A stretch of DNA of 64,000 nt from an uncultured Planctomycetales bacterium (GCA_964572155.1 CAZNDZ010000001.1:79300-143299); one strand, 5' to 3'. Numbered from the stretch's first letter, positions 20,104 to 30,488 are shown. Notes: a model not told the origin generated them from the letters alone. Program-made: numbers and translations.

Positions 20104-20978
20104 GCTGATTCCTTAATATTATAAACAGGTAGCTTTTGTATTGGATGATACGCCATCTTGGCCTTCGCAATGTTGGGCATGCCAAAATCATCCATGGTAT
20201 TGATCAATTGAAAATCTCTAACGACAGGATCCTGACAAAACTGATTAAATATAAACGCTGCTAATCCTGTCTTAACCACATCAACTATTTCTAAAGCAAC
20301 ACAAAATGTTTGTTCGTTTAAGACAAAGCCAAATGTATACCCAACAATATTCCCGTCGATCTCAACAACCCTGCCAATTAGTCCCAACTGTTGTGCCTGT
20401 GCCATTAACTTAAGGTGTACTGACGCATTTTCGTCGAGCATTTGAACATAAACAGGGTCTGATTCTTTGCTGCGCCGGTCCGAGGCCCAAATTTGGTATA
20501 ACTTCTTACAACCTTCAAGGTCTTCAGGCTGAAAAGCCCTAAAAATGGTGTTGGGATACCGATTTAAAAAAACATGAATGTCATGCCGTTTGGATTTATA
20601 CGCATGACCAGCAAGCATTTGAAGATCTGTATTGTTGTATACATATTCATGCGCCTTTAAGTAACCATTATAGCCAGCGGCTTTAAGCATTGGCAATGCA
20701 TTATCCAAAATATTTTCGATGCGAGCAATGGAGGTTCTGCCCATGCGCTCAAAACAAGCTTTATAAACCTCGATCGATGGTTCAATCCCTAACGGTGGCA
20801 AATATAAAAAACTATGCTTACCCTGAAAGGCAAAAACACATAGATTGTCTTCGATCACCTCAAACTCAAAACGAAAGAATTCGTCCCACGCAACAAGGCT
20901 GCTAAAATGATACGCCGACATAGGGCGCGGTGTTTGAGCTACAAATTGATCAAAGAGCGGCTTGTATTGTAAAGACAT
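20100..20978 (-). CDS. hypothetical protein, possibly DUF2156/LPG-synthase-C-like
   Basis: 292 aa; weak resemblance only. Confidence 0.3.
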   Translation of the reverse strand: MSLQYKPLFDQFVAQTPRPMSAYHFSSLVAWDEFFRFEFEVIEDNLCVFAFQGKHSFLYLPPLGIEPSIEVYKACFERMGRTSIARIENILDNALPMLKAAGYNGYLKAHEYVYNNTDLQMLAGHAYKSKRHDIHVFLNRYPNTIFRAFQPEDLEGCKKLYQIWASDRRSKESDPVYVQMLDENASVHLKLMAQAQQLGLIGRVVEIDGNIVGYTFGFVLNEQTFCVALEIVDVVKTGLAAFIFNQFCQDPVVRDFQLINTMDDFGMPNIAKAKMAYHPIQKLPVYNIKESA

Positions 20979-21426
20979 ATTGTAATTCCATCATGGCAGG
21001 CGAATAATCATGAATCAAATGGCGTTGTCGTTTTAAAAAATCAAGCGTCTGTGGTTCGTTAAAGAATTGTTTTAGATAATCCATATAGCCTTGCAGTGCA
21101 GGATCTGTTTGATGGTCTTGAATGTAGGGACAGGCCAAATGCACGTAAACTTGAATGGCATCCCCGCTTGAAGATAAAACAAACGGATATAACGCACATT
21201 CAAACGGGCGATCTGTGTAAGCCTTACAGGTATTGTCCGCCTTATCAAGGAATCGACACAAATGTTTGCCGCAGTCTTGGATGGTTGTGACATAGTCATT
21301 GTCGTCGACAAATTCTTTTTTATCCCATTTGGGACGCCACATGGAGTCTGATAGATCATATCGGCAACACCCCTCGCATTTTAAACAAACATGAGAAGGG
21401 ACAAATTGTTTTATTAGTATTTGCAT
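20950..21426 (-). CDS. YkgJ-family CxxCxxCC cysteine-cluster protein
   Basis: 158 aa; CLKCEGCC motif. Confidence 0.5.
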   Translation of the reverse strand: MQILIKQFVPSHVCLKCEGCCRYDLSDSMWRPKWDKKEFVDDNDYVTTIQDCGKHLCRFLDKADNTCKAYTDRPFECALYPFVLSSSGDAIQVYVHLACPYIQDHQTDPALQGYMDYLKQFFNEPQTLDFLKRQRHLIHDYSPAMMELQYVFTIQAAL

Positions 21427-21434
21427 AAAGCTTC

Positions 21435-22181
21435 GTGTATAATTTTTTAAAATTTATGAATGAACTCTCTGTAATTATCCCTGCATATAATGAAGCCGCG
21501 GCCATTAAGGGCAACGTAGCGCTCGTCGTTCAAAAACTTGACGCCTTAAAGATATCTTATGAAATCATCTTAGTCAATGACGGGTCTACAGATGATACCT
21601 TGGCCGTCATGCGCACGCTACAAAACCACAACATCCACATCATCACCTACCCGATCAATCAAGGTAAAGGCCATGCCGTTAAAAGTGGCATGATGTCGGC
21701 TAAGGGAAAATTTCACCTCTTTATGGATGCAGACCTCTCGACTTCGCTTGAGAGCATCGGTATTTTTATGTCGCATATGCGCAACAATGAATATGATCTT
21801 ATCTTAGGTGAACGCGTATCTTCTACCAAACACCGACGGCTGCATCAACCGTTTTACCGCATTTTGCTTGGAAAAATATTTACCGGCTTGTCTCGACTTT
21901 GCGTTGGCCGCATGATCAATGACTTTACCTGTGGCTTTAAAATACTAAATAGCGACGCGTCTCGACTATTATTTTCCCAACAGCGCATCAAACGCTGGGG
22001 CTTTGACACAGAAATCATTTATATCGCCATTCGAAATCGCCTGCGCATCGGCCAAATCCCCGTCATGTGGAACCATCACCCTAATTCTAAAGTGCATGCC
22101 TTAAGCGCTGTCTTTACATCCCTTGGTGACTTGCTTTATATCACTTATAACGGCATCACCGGTCAATATTCCCGTCGGTGA
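21435..22181 (+). CDS. GT2 glycosyltransferase, polyprenol-phosphate sugar synthase-like (DPM1/GtrB/ArnC type)
   Basis: 248 aa; SVIIPAYNEAAAI...ILVNDGSTDDT...DADL DXD motif. Confidence 0.75.
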   Translation: MYNFLKFMNELSVIIPAYNEAAAIKGNVALVVQKLDALKISYEIILVNDGSTDDTLAVMRTLQNHNIHIITYPINQGKGHAVKSGMMSAKGKFHLFMDADLSTSLESIGIFMSHMRNNEYDLILGERVSSTKHRRLHQPFYRILLGKIFTGLSRLCVGRMINDFTCGFKILNSDASRLLFSQQRIKRWGFDTEIIYIAIRNRLRIGQIPVMWNHHPNSKVHALSAVFTSLGDLLYITYNGITGQYSRR

Positions 22182-22190
22182 ATTAAAATC

Positions 22191-22210
22191 AGACGCCATA
22201 AATGGCGTCT
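22191..22210. terminator. bidirectional rho-independent-type hairpin between convergent genes
   Basis: agacgcca-taaa-tggcgtct 8-bp perfect stem; T-rich tract on the minus-strand side; sits between the GT2 stop (22181) and the stop of the last gene of the long minus-strand array (22211). Confidence 0.5.
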
Positions 22211-22531
22211 CTACTTAACAATACTGCCGATGGCCACATCTTTTTCTGGCATGAGTAGCGCCATTTGTGTTTCATCAGATGCCGCCAACAACATCCCATT
22301 CGACGCCTCACCTCGAATAACCGCAGGTTCTAGATTGGCAATTAAGATAACTCGACGACCAACCAATTGTTCAATCGTATATGCCCGACGGATGCCAGCT
22401 ACAACTTGACGCACATCTTTGCCGGTGTCTACTTGCAACACATATAAACGATCGGCATTGGGATGTTCCTTGGCTTCTTTGATTTGAGCCACCACCAACT
22501 CGATCTTCTTAAAATCTTCCATTGTTGCCAT
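22211..22531 (-). CDS. tRNA-binding (Myf/EMAP-like, CsaA-type) domain protein
   Basis: 106 aa; KIELVVAQIKEAKEHPNADRLYVLQVDTG pattern. Confidence 0.65.
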   Translation of the reverse strand: MATMEDFKKIELVVAQIKEAKEHPNADRLYVLQVDTGKDVRQVVAGIRRAYTIEQLVGRRVILIANLEPAVIRGEASNGMLLAASDETQMALLMPEKDVAIGSIVK

Positions 22532-22532
22532 A

Positions 22533-24656
22533 CTAATCCTTTCGCTTCATTGCGGTTAAATATTGTCCTTGTGCATACGGGGCATAATTCTGCCTGATAT
22601 AGCTTACAATTGTCAATATGTTTGCATTGCTCTCCTTATAAGACGCTGGGTACACATCTTGCAAGAATACATTCTCGATAAAAACATAAGTTGGACGTTG
22701 ATCTGCCAATTGCGCTATGGTGTCTTTTAGAAAACTTGGGCTATGAGCGGCATCGGCTGGAAAATATCGAACACGCATGGGTTGTGAGGTCACCAGCGGC
22801 GTATGGTAAAAAAATGGGGCGCGCTTGGCTTGGATTAAAATCTTCGTCTCAAAACTGCTTAACAGCGCAACGCGTTCGTTAGAGCCAATTAAATCCGTAA
22901 TGAGTTTTGCATCTTTGGTAAAATCACTTTCTTGCTCGATAAAGCGGATCAATTGTTGATCATTTTTAAAACTGTCTTCCGTGGCTAAATGCTCATCCTG
23001 ATCACCGGCCGCATTCAACAATACCTTGTCTTCTTCTTTAATATGTTTGACCAAGTGATGGAAATAACCCTGCCGGTCTGGAAAACGCTGGGCTACCTTG
23101 ATGTCCGTCATTGGGTTCGCACTAAAATTAAAAACATTAGGATAACTGATGTAATTATGATTGGTAACTAAGGCATATAAAGCCAAGATTAGACAAGCCC
23201 ATTGCACTTTTTTCACATCGGCTGATTTTAATTGTTTTAAAATAATATGTACCCAAAACGCACATATCAAAACAAACGGAACAGCACTTAAATAATAGCT
23301 GGTCATCGCTGAACGCACGACAAAGTATTGATAATTAACCAAGCCATAGACGGCAATAACAACGCATAAGAAATATTTTCGGTCAATTTTCTTATGCCAC
23401 ATTAAAATAGAAAGCGTTAAAACTGTTGCCACATACAATAACGGCATGGCAAGTGCGATTAAACCCACCCAAAAATTACGATACTTTAAACTTTCAAACA
23501 TGGGTAAGGCCCCACGGCCAGTAGCAAAATAGCTCATATATTCAATGCAGTTCTTCCAGAATAGAGAACTAAATACATGCGCGCCCAATGTCATCCAGAA
23601 AAAGATAAAAGCAACCACCAGCGGTAATATGGCCACCCATAGGTGTTGTTTCTTTAAGTGGCCAAGTAAGAAAGCGCCCGCCATATAAAAATACAGGGTC
23701 ATAATGATGCAAATACCCGACGATGTCATATAATAAACAGCAAAACCGCTATAGGCAGCAGCGAGTATTAAAAATAAAATTCTGCCTGTTTGCAAATGTC
23801 GCCACAAAAACCATAACCAGACGATATCAAGGCCAAACCGGATGGGCGTTGAGGATGGGTAAATCCAACATAACGGGCTTACCCCATAATGAAACATTTG
23901 AAGACGAAACACCACCAAGAACGCCGCGAACGCTAGGATTGCACTGCCAAGCCAGACACGGGTAAAGCAATAAAAAAGGATAAAGTATAAAATGCCAAAT
24001 GCAACATTCATGCGTAAGAATGGCAAATAATCAAAACCACCGAATAGCACGCATAACTTAGACAATAAAACAGGTATGCCCACCCCATATTGGGAGATCA
24101 CATCCACATAAGGCAGCCCACCATAAACAGACGAAACACCTGGGGCCATTAAAAAGAAATCTAAGTGATGGGCTTGCTCGCCTATAAATATTTCAGCTAA
24201 GACGGCTTTTAAATTTGGGACATAAACAAATGCGGCGATCAACACACAGGCAATCCATGTTTGCCAAGGCGATAATGCTACATAGGCTTTTAAGACGTGC
24301 GTTTTAAGCTTAGGCATTTCTTGCCAAAATAATTTTAAGATGATGGCTAAGCCCAATAAAGACAACGTTGCTTTACTGGCAAGCCATGGGCTATTGTCAT
24401 AAATCGTGGCTTTAAAAACAGCGCTGACTAATAAAAATGTCACCACAGCCTCAAGGCCAACATACCACGCAGGCTTCTGGTCTTGGATCAATAAATAGAC
24501 TAAAACGGATGATGCAATAAAAACAACATACAAAATCGCATCATATGCATTTGAGGGCGTATTAAGTGCGCTTAATGCTTGGGCCATTAAGACCGTAACT
24601 TGAACGCTAAAGCATAATGCTAAAAAACTTCTGACGATTTTTTGTTTATCAACCAT
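22533..24656 (-). CDS. family-A large polytopic membrane protein (copy A1) with conserved C-terminal soluble domain; putative GT-C-like glycosyltransferase
   Basis: 707 aa; at least 12 TM; motifs ILKLFWQEMPK, GEQAHHLDFF...VISQYGVG, MFHYGVSPLCW, YPNVFNFSANPMTD, VALLSSFETKILIQAKRAPFFYHTP, YVFIENVFL, YAPYAQGQYLTAMKRK. Confidence 0.7.
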   Translation of the reverse strand: MVDKQKIVRSFLALCFSVQVTVLMAQALSALNTPSNAYDAILYVVFIASSVLVYLLIQDQKPAWYVGLEAVVTFLLVSAVFKATIYDNSPWLASKATLSLLGLAIILKLFWQEMPKLKTHVLKAYVALSPWQTWIACVLIAAFVYVPNLKAVLAEIFIGEQAHHLDFFLMAPGVSSVYGGLPYVDVISQYGVGIPVLLSKLCVLFGGFDYLPFLRMNVAFGILYFILFYCFTRVWLGSAILAFAAFLVVFRLQMFHYGVSPLCWIYPSSTPIRFGLDIVWLWFLWRHLQTGRILFLILAAAYSGFAVYYMTSSGICIIMTLYFYMAGAFLLGHLKKQHLWVAILPLVVAFIFFWMTLGAHVFSSLFWKNCIEYMSYFATGRGALPMFESLKYRNFWVGLIALAMPLLYVATVLTLSILMWHKKIDRKYFLCVVIAVYGLVNYQYFVVRSAMTSYYLSAVPFVLICAFWVHIILKQLKSADVKKVQWACLILALYALVTNHNYISYPNVFNFSANPMTDIKVAQRFPDRQGYFHHLVKHIKEEDKVLLNAAGDQDEHLATEDSFKNDQQLIRFIEQESDFTKDAKLITDLIGSNERVALLSSFETKILIQAKRAPFFYHTPLVTSQPMRVRYFPADAAHSPSFLKDTIAQLADQRPTYVFIENVFLQDVYPASYKESNANILTIVSYIRQNYAPYAQGQYLTAMKRKD

Positions 24657-25890
24657 GGCTCATCCAAAAATGTGGGTACGTCACCCAAACCCTGCTTGTG
24701 AGTAGCGCCAACACGGCCAATAGCACACACGCCGCATAAATGAACCTTGCTTGTGCCTTAAAAAATTTCTGTGTGCAGGCGTGTAACCACCATGCACTTA
24801 ATATGACCGCAGGCCAACATACAGCGCCATAAGCAAAAACGTTCGCATGCCCAATGTATCGGGTATAAATCAATAACCCATAAATGCTTAATATCGTGGC
24901 TATCCTATGCTTCCCCCACGCATTTAATAACGTAAAGACATAAAAGATAACTAACGCATAGCCCATGAAAAATGAAAAGAATTGTCGCACGCGTAATGCC
25001 GCAAACATCGGCAAATGCGTGGGATCTTTATAGAAACCAAAATCCCCCCACACATTGATCAACGTGTTTTGGGGATAGTTCCAGCACAGCGGAGACATGC
25101 CATAATGAAACAATGTCATGCGTATGACCACCACAACAACGAGCACAGATAACCACAGGTTTTGACACAAACGCTTCGTTATAACAAAAATGCCGATGAT
25201 AAGAATCACATTGATATAAAACAAAAACAATACAATTTGCTGCGCACTAAAACCTCTGGAAATTAAAAAGTTGGTCAACCCAAAAGCACGCCACTCTGAA
25301 AAATTACTCCATTGCGCAATGATCGACGTGCTCATCTCCACATTAGGATATAACCCAATCAAAACAACAGCAAAGAAACCCCCATAAACCAACCACGTAA
25401 ATTGTTTGGGCAAAACAGCATGTTGCCATGCTTGAAATAATTTCTTCGTCACCTTATCCACTTCTGGCCAGAATATCTTGCTAAGCAAACTCAGTGCAAC
25501 AACCCCATAGAAGAATGGATAAACCCATCGATTATTTTCTAGCGACAAGATGTTATAAAACGGGTATTGATAGGTAATCCATTTAAAAAACGTGAACAAC
25601 ATCAACACCAACCACATCACTTCTATCCACAAAAATTTCCAGCATTTCTTTAATAAAACCTCATCATCCAATCGTTTAAAAATAAACGCCGCGCCAAGCC
25701 CCAACACAAACGTCGTCGATAAAAATACCATGTAAAAAAAGCTTTCCCGTTCTGGTTCAAGCCCTGCCAACGCTGGGCCTTTGACGATGATGGGAATATA
25801 ACTATAAACATGAGCCACCATGCATAATAGTTGCAAGGCCTCAACGATCACAAGCGCTGTCAAAATTCCAATCGCCCTTGGATTAAACAT
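24649..25890 (-). CDS. family-A paralog truncated after the membrane domain (413 aa, no C-terminal soluble domain)
   Basis: PERESFFY, SKIFWPEVDKV and LFHYGMSPLCWNYPQNT motifs align to A-family N-terminal and TM regions; ends at the YP(H/N)FW junction; 8-nt overlap with A1 start. Confidence 0.6.
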   Translation of the reverse strand: MFNPRAIGILTALVIVEALQLLCMVAHVYSYIPIIVKGPALAGLEPERESFFYMVFLSTTFVLGLGAAFIFKRLDDEVLLKKCWKFLWIEVMWLVLMLFTFFKWITYQYPFYNILSLENNRWVYPFFYGVVALSLLSKIFWPEVDKVTKKLFQAWQHAVLPKQFTWLVYGGFFAVVLIGLYPNVEMSTSIIAQWSNFSEWRAFGLTNFLISRGFSAQQIVLFLFYINVILIIGIFVITKRLCQNLWLSVLVVVVVIRMTLFHYGMSPLCWNYPQNTLINVWGDFGFYKDPTHLPMFAALRVRQFFSFFMGYALVIFYVFTLLNAWGKHRIATILSIYGLLIYTRYIGHANVFAYGAVCWPAVILSAWWLHACTQKFFKAQARFIYAACVLLAVLALLTSRVWVTYPHFWMSHG

Positions 25891-27649
25891 TCGGCTTCCT
25901 TTTCATGGCTACTAAATATTTACCCTGAGATACAGGGGTATAGTAATACTTCACATAACGGATCACACGGATTAAATCTTCAAACTCTTCAAAATACCAC
26001 GGATGCACTTGCTCGGTTAAAAACACCGCTTCCATGAAAATATATTTAGGCTTAGCTTGATCCAGCTGGCTAATGATGCGCTCAATTTGCGGATAACTAA
26101 AAACCGTTGTGACCACAAAATTACGCATGCGCATGGGGTGCGAATTAAGCAACGGGAAAAAATAAAACAATGGTTTACGCTTTGCTTTAGATAAAATCAT
26201 CACTTCAAAACTGCTTAGCAACGCAACACGTTCATCGCTTTTTGTTAATGAAGCAATCATCCCTGCGTCTTCCTTAAAAGCTGTTTCCAAGCGGTAATGT
26301 GACTTTAATGCATCATGATTAACAAAATCCCTTTCGTATTTAAACTTCTCATCGACTTCACCCAAAGAATTAACTGGCACTTTAATCCAATCAGGAAAAT
26401 CAACAGCGAGCTGACCAAAATATGGTTTGCCTCCTGGGATTTTCATCGATACAGCGGGATCAACAACAGGATTCTTAGATGTATTGAGCAAATTCGGATA
26501 TGCCCGAAACATCGGTTCACTAATTAAAGCATAAATAGAAACGGCTAAGAGAATGCCTGTGATGCGAAACTGCCAAACCTGTGATTTTCTTTTAATGAAC
26601 TCATCTATGACTAAAATGGTGATAAACGTCATGGGCAAAGACACGGTTGAATATTTATGTGACATGCCAACAAAATACGTAAATGTGCCCAACCCATAAG
26701 CAGCCAACAAGACGATCCATATATCCCTTGCTGTCCGCTGTGGTGTTAAATATCGCCACCCATAAAAAAATGCACTGGCGCAGTATGCAACTGGAATTAA
26801 CAAGCCGACAATGACCATCCAATAATTACCCCGCGCGATGGGTGCTAGCATCGGACTATAAAAGAATCCTTTTGCAAAGTATGAAGCAAAACCTGCGGTG
26901 TTCTGCCAGAACAGCGACGTAAAGATATACGCGCCTACAACGCAATAATATAGGAATAGTACAACAATCGGGATAAAAATAACCGGACGTGAAAGACCAA
27001 TCGTGTGCAGCAACCCTTGCCACCCTTGTTTGATGATCGCATCTAGTGCCTTCATTCCTAAATAAACAATCATCGTAGAGAATAAAAATATCCCCATGGT
27101 CGGCATATGAAAAATGCCAAGCGCCACGGACAAAGCCATGAGCCACAGATAACGCGGCTTTTGATGCTTTTCATACAAAAACAAACTCCAGAAAAATAAC
27201 GCATCAAAATAAAATCGCAATACGGAACATTGAATGTCATTCCAAACAATGGGGATTAAGATTGAGACAAACATTTGAAAGCGCATGCCTAAGATAATGG
27301 CCGTTAAAGCTAAGATGGGATGATACAAAATCCTGCGTAATAAATAATACCATGCAATGAAATATCCAATGCCAAGCCAAAATAGAACAATGAGCGCATG
27401 GGTATAATCAAAACCCCCTATGATTTGCATCCCCCATTTGATCAGCAGGCTCAGACCAAAACCATAGGTCGTGTTAATATCAATATTAGGAACTAAGTCA
27501 CAGAACAATCCATAAATGGGCCCCATAAAGACCACATCCCAATCATGAAAAAAATCCCCCATGAACAATTGAGCAACTGTTGCCGTCGGATCAGGAATAA
27601 ATAAAATCAAAAATATAATGATCACTGCAGTTACATCTAACCAAAGCAT
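25883..27649 (-). CDS. family-A membrane protein (copy A2), C-terminal 588-aa portion of an apparently frameshift-split gene
   Basis: FMGDFFHDWDVVFMGP, YPNLLNTSKNPVVD, VALLSSFEVMILSKAKRKPLFYFFP, YIFMEAVFL, YTPVSQGKYLVAMKRK. Confidence 0.65.
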   Translation of the reverse strand: MLWLDVTAVIIIFLILFIPDPTATVAQLFMGDFFHDWDVVFMGPIYGLFCDLVPNIDINTTYGFGLSLLIKWGMQIIGGFDYTHALIVLFWLGIGYFIAWYYLLRRILYHPILALTAIILGMRFQMFVSILIPIVWNDIQCSVLRFYFDALFFWSLFLYEKHQKPRYLWLMALSVALGIFHMPTMGIFLFSTMIVYLGMKALDAIIKQGWQGLLHTIGLSRPVIFIPIVVLFLYYCVVGAYIFTSLFWQNTAGFASYFAKGFFYSPMLAPIARGNYWMVIVGLLIPVAYCASAFFYGWRYLTPQRTARDIWIVLLAAYGLGTFTYFVGMSHKYSTVSLPMTFITILVIDEFIKRKSQVWQFRITGILLAVSIYALISEPMFRAYPNLLNTSKNPVVDPAVSMKIPGGKPYFGQLAVDFPDWIKVPVNSLGEVDEKFKYERDFVNHDALKSHYRLETAFKEDAGMIASLTKSDERVALLSSFEVMILSKAKRKPLFYFFPLLNSHPMRMRNFVVTTVFSYPQIERIISQLDQAKPKYIFMEAVFLTEQVHPWYFEEFEDLIRVIRYVKYYYTPVSQGKYLVAMKRKPNV

Positions 27650-28101
27650 CGATTAATCTCACTATAAAATATTTTAATAAGGGCAGAAATAACTAAAACA
27701 CCATATAACCACGCCCACCAAAAAGATGACGTCGGTGTAATGGTTAGCTGAAATACAAAACCAATTTCAAGAACTACTAAAACACCATGCATCAATATAT
27801 ATCGAATGGTGCCGGAAACAAATGCGGCACGACTGAAGCGTTCATATAAGAAAATTGTCCCAAGAATAAAGAATGCTATTGCTAATGCCACACCTGCCAT
27901 ATATAACTGCAGCTCACGCTCCCCCAAGAAACCTTTGCGGTAATGAAAGAAAATATCCGCAAGCGCAGGATCTGGTTTGAATGGAATATGAAATGAGATA
28001 ATGCCCAAAAGAATCAGTACTTCAATTGCGGATAATATCGCAACAGCAATAATCAAGATTGCTTTAAAGGGCTCGAAATTATGGAAAATGCTTTGTTTCA
28101 T
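27637..28101 (-). CDS. N-terminal 154-aa fragment of the split family-A gene (copy A2)
   Basis: IKIFYSEINRCFG aligns to the (K/H)IFWPE motif of full-length paralogs; different frame, 13-nt overlap with the 25883..27649 ORF. Confidence 0.5.
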   Translation of the reverse strand: MKQSIFHNFEPFKAILIIAVAILSAIEVLILLGIISFHIPFKPDPALADIFFHYRKGFLGERELQLYMAGVALAIAFFILGTIFLYERFSRAAFVSGTIRYILMHGVLVVLEIGFVFQLTITPTSSFWWAWLYGVLVISALIKIFYSEINRCFG

Positions 28102-30488
28102 CCTTGCTTATTCCTTTGCATGGCAACCAAGTATCGACCTTCTTTATATGGATGATACTCTCTTAAAATATAGTTGATGATACCCAGTATTTCCTCATGA
28201 TCCCTTGCATATGATGGTGGTAAAGTTTGATTTAAAAATATCTTCTCCATAAATATATACATGGGCTTTGTTTGTTCTAAATCTTGTATTGTACGCTGCA
28301 ACATCTGACGTGTATAAATATTGGTGTGTGGGAACGTGCGTATATTAAGTCCTCGTGATGAAATGATTGGAAAATAAAAGAAGAATGGTCGACGCTCTGC
28401 TTGGATCAACATTTCAATCTCAAAGCTGCTAAGCAGGGCAACCTTGTCTTTGGGTTTAGTTAATGACTGGATCAGCGTCGCATCTTCCTTAAAATTAAAT
28501 TCTTGATTGTATAAGGCTTTTAAATTGTCGTGATCCGGTACTTGCCATTCAAAAAATATTCGCTCTTCGGTTGTGCCCAAAGAATTTGTCTTTAATTTGT
28601 CGAATTCTTGAGCCCATGCATCTTGATGAAAGAAATATGGCCTTCCATCCTCGGGTAATCCATATGCAACCCGACGGTCCACCATAGGATTGCGATAGGT
28701 CTGCATATTCCATATATTAGGGAAAGCAACATACAAATGATTTGTCAGCAACATGATCGCTGATCCAGCAGCTAGAGCCCATGCTGTCAGAGCGCGTGTT
28801 CGCGTTGAAGTGATTTTTTCCATCCACAACTTGACCCAAAAGAAGATCACCCAAACCAGCGGGATCGCGCGCATGAAATAATTGTTCTCTAGCGACAATA
28901 CCAAATAGTGATGATACAAATTAAGCCCATACGCACATACGATGAGGGTGATCAGATCCTCTTTAACTCCTCGGCCAGCGAATAGGCGCATTGTTATCCA
29001 TATAAATGTGCCTAAATATACGATGGGGATAAAGCAACCGATCGCAAATTCCCAATACTTCCCATGCACCAAACTGTCCCAAAACCACACATCATAAAAA
29101 CCATTGGTAAACAAGCTGGGATAATACATCAAGTCCTTCCAAAACCCGACGCTTAAAACAGCATGGCCACAAAAAAACCAGAACACAAAAAATGCAGCGA
29201 TAACAGGAATTGCCATGATCCATAACGGCACCGAAGGTGTTGCTCTGACCGACGGGATAAAACGAATGGCCAAAATGTATGCAAAGAAACCAACCATCAG
29301 GTCAATGCCTGTTGTGGGCATAAAGAATATGGCGCCACCGATCGCCGCAGCCGCCGCAAATACATATGCCCTTGTGCCGTTTTTGATATGAAAAAATATT
29401 AATAACAAAATGGGAATATCCCAAAAACATCGCAACGGTGATCCATTGGGATAAATCGCGCTTACAGGATACGACAGCGCATAGAAGACTTGCCACTTGA
29501 TTGCCAATATCGTCGCTGCCAAAGCCAGAAGCACACTACCCAGCCATAAACGCAAACAGATATAAAATGCCACATAATAAAGGCACGATAACCACCAATA
29601 GACATTAAACACATTTAAATAATCAACCGCCCCAAAAAATTTTGAAATCCCAGCAACGAGCATGGGCATGCCCAGTCCATAAAATACATTTTGATCCACC
29701 CCCAAGACATTACCAACGCTACTCGCATAAGCGCCAGCCATGAGCATAAAATCAAAGTGATAATAATGTTCGCCAAATGCTGTTTTGGCCAATACGGCAA
29801 TTGGATCAATGATCGTCAACATTGAAACAATCCACAAGACGCCGCCTACAAAACCTATGGTTGCCAGCATTGGCTTGGATGACATCCAAACCAAAAAATC
29901 CACCCATGGCACAACAAATGCAGGCATCTTAAATGAGATGTTAGGTTTTATCTTTGTAAGTGACAACACACATGCCAACACAACCGACCATATGCAAAAA
30001 TATCCAACGGCATAAGCTGGCGCACGCAACCATAAGAATACCACCACTGCCATCACCGCAGCAGTGATAATGCCCTTTTGATGCAGGGCTGATCGACGAA
30101 GCATCATGGCAATTTCAGGATAAAATATTTTAGCTAGTATGGAACTTATGCCGACTAATCCCAATAAATGCCACGCCCATGTAGGCTGCGGAGCTTTTAA
30201 AATAAAAACGATGGCAAATATTTCAAGGAAAACAAAAGCAGCGCTCATGGTGACAAATAATGCAGAGCTTTTTATCTTTCTAAAACGCGTTGCTAATAAG
30301 ATCGCTGCAACAATAGCGAGACCAATTGCGGCATGATAGACCAACATCTTCCAATCTTTTTTGGTGATATGCATGTCTTTATCAAAGACCTGTGCCAACA
30401 TTGCCCGCTGATCCATCGGTACAAAAGACATAAGTGCGCCGAAAAGCAACGTGAACTCAACCGTTAACAATAAAATAACATTGGTCAT
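28098..30488 (-). CDS. family-A large polytopic membrane protein (copy A3)
   Basis: 796 aa; AKIFYPEIAMM, GEHYYHFDFMLMAG, YPNGSPLRCFWDIPILL, VALLSSFEIEMLIQAERRPFFFYFP, YIFMEKIFL, YHPYKEGRYLVAMQR. Confidence 0.7.
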   Translation of the reverse strand: MTNVILLLTVEFTLLFGALMSFVPMDQRAMLAQVFDKDMHITKKDWKMLVYHAAIGLAIVAAILLATRFRKIKSSALFVTMSAAFVFLEIFAIVFILKAPQPTWAWHLLGLVGISSILAKIFYPEIAMMLRRSALHQKGIITAAVMAVVVFLWLRAPAYAVGYFCIWSVVLACVLSLTKIKPNISFKMPAFVVPWVDFLVWMSSKPMLATIGFVGGVLWIVSMLTIIDPIAVLAKTAFGEHYYHFDFMLMAGAYASSVGNVLGVDQNVFYGLGMPMLVAGISKFFGAVDYLNVFNVYWWLSCLYYVAFYICLRLWLGSVLLALAATILAIKWQVFYALSYPVSAIYPNGSPLRCFWDIPILLLIFFHIKNGTRAYVFAAAAAIGGAIFFMPTTGIDLMVGFFAYILAIRFIPSVRATPSVPLWIMAIPVIAAFFVFWFFCGHAVLSVGFWKDLMYYPSLFTNGFYDVWFWDSLVHGKYWEFAIGCFIPIVYLGTFIWITMRLFAGRGVKEDLITLIVCAYGLNLYHHYLVLSLENNYFMRAIPLVWVIFFWVKLWMEKITSTRTRALTAWALAAGSAIMLLTNHLYVAFPNIWNMQTYRNPMVDRRVAYGLPEDGRPYFFHQDAWAQEFDKLKTNSLGTTEERIFFEWQVPDHDNLKALYNQEFNFKEDATLIQSLTKPKDKVALLSSFEIEMLIQAERRPFFFYFPIISSRGLNIRTFPHTNIYTRQMLQRTIQDLEQTKPMYIFMEKIFLNQTLPPSYARDHEEILGIINYILREYHPYKEGRYLVAMQRNKQG

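Noticed and set aside
22533-25890. Possibility that 24649..25890 and 22533..24656 are two halves of one frameshifted gene
   Set aside because: The 22533..24656 product already has its own complete N-terminal region (IFWPE-like and HH.D motifs). The upstream ORF is therefore a separate truncated paralog, not a missing N-terminus.
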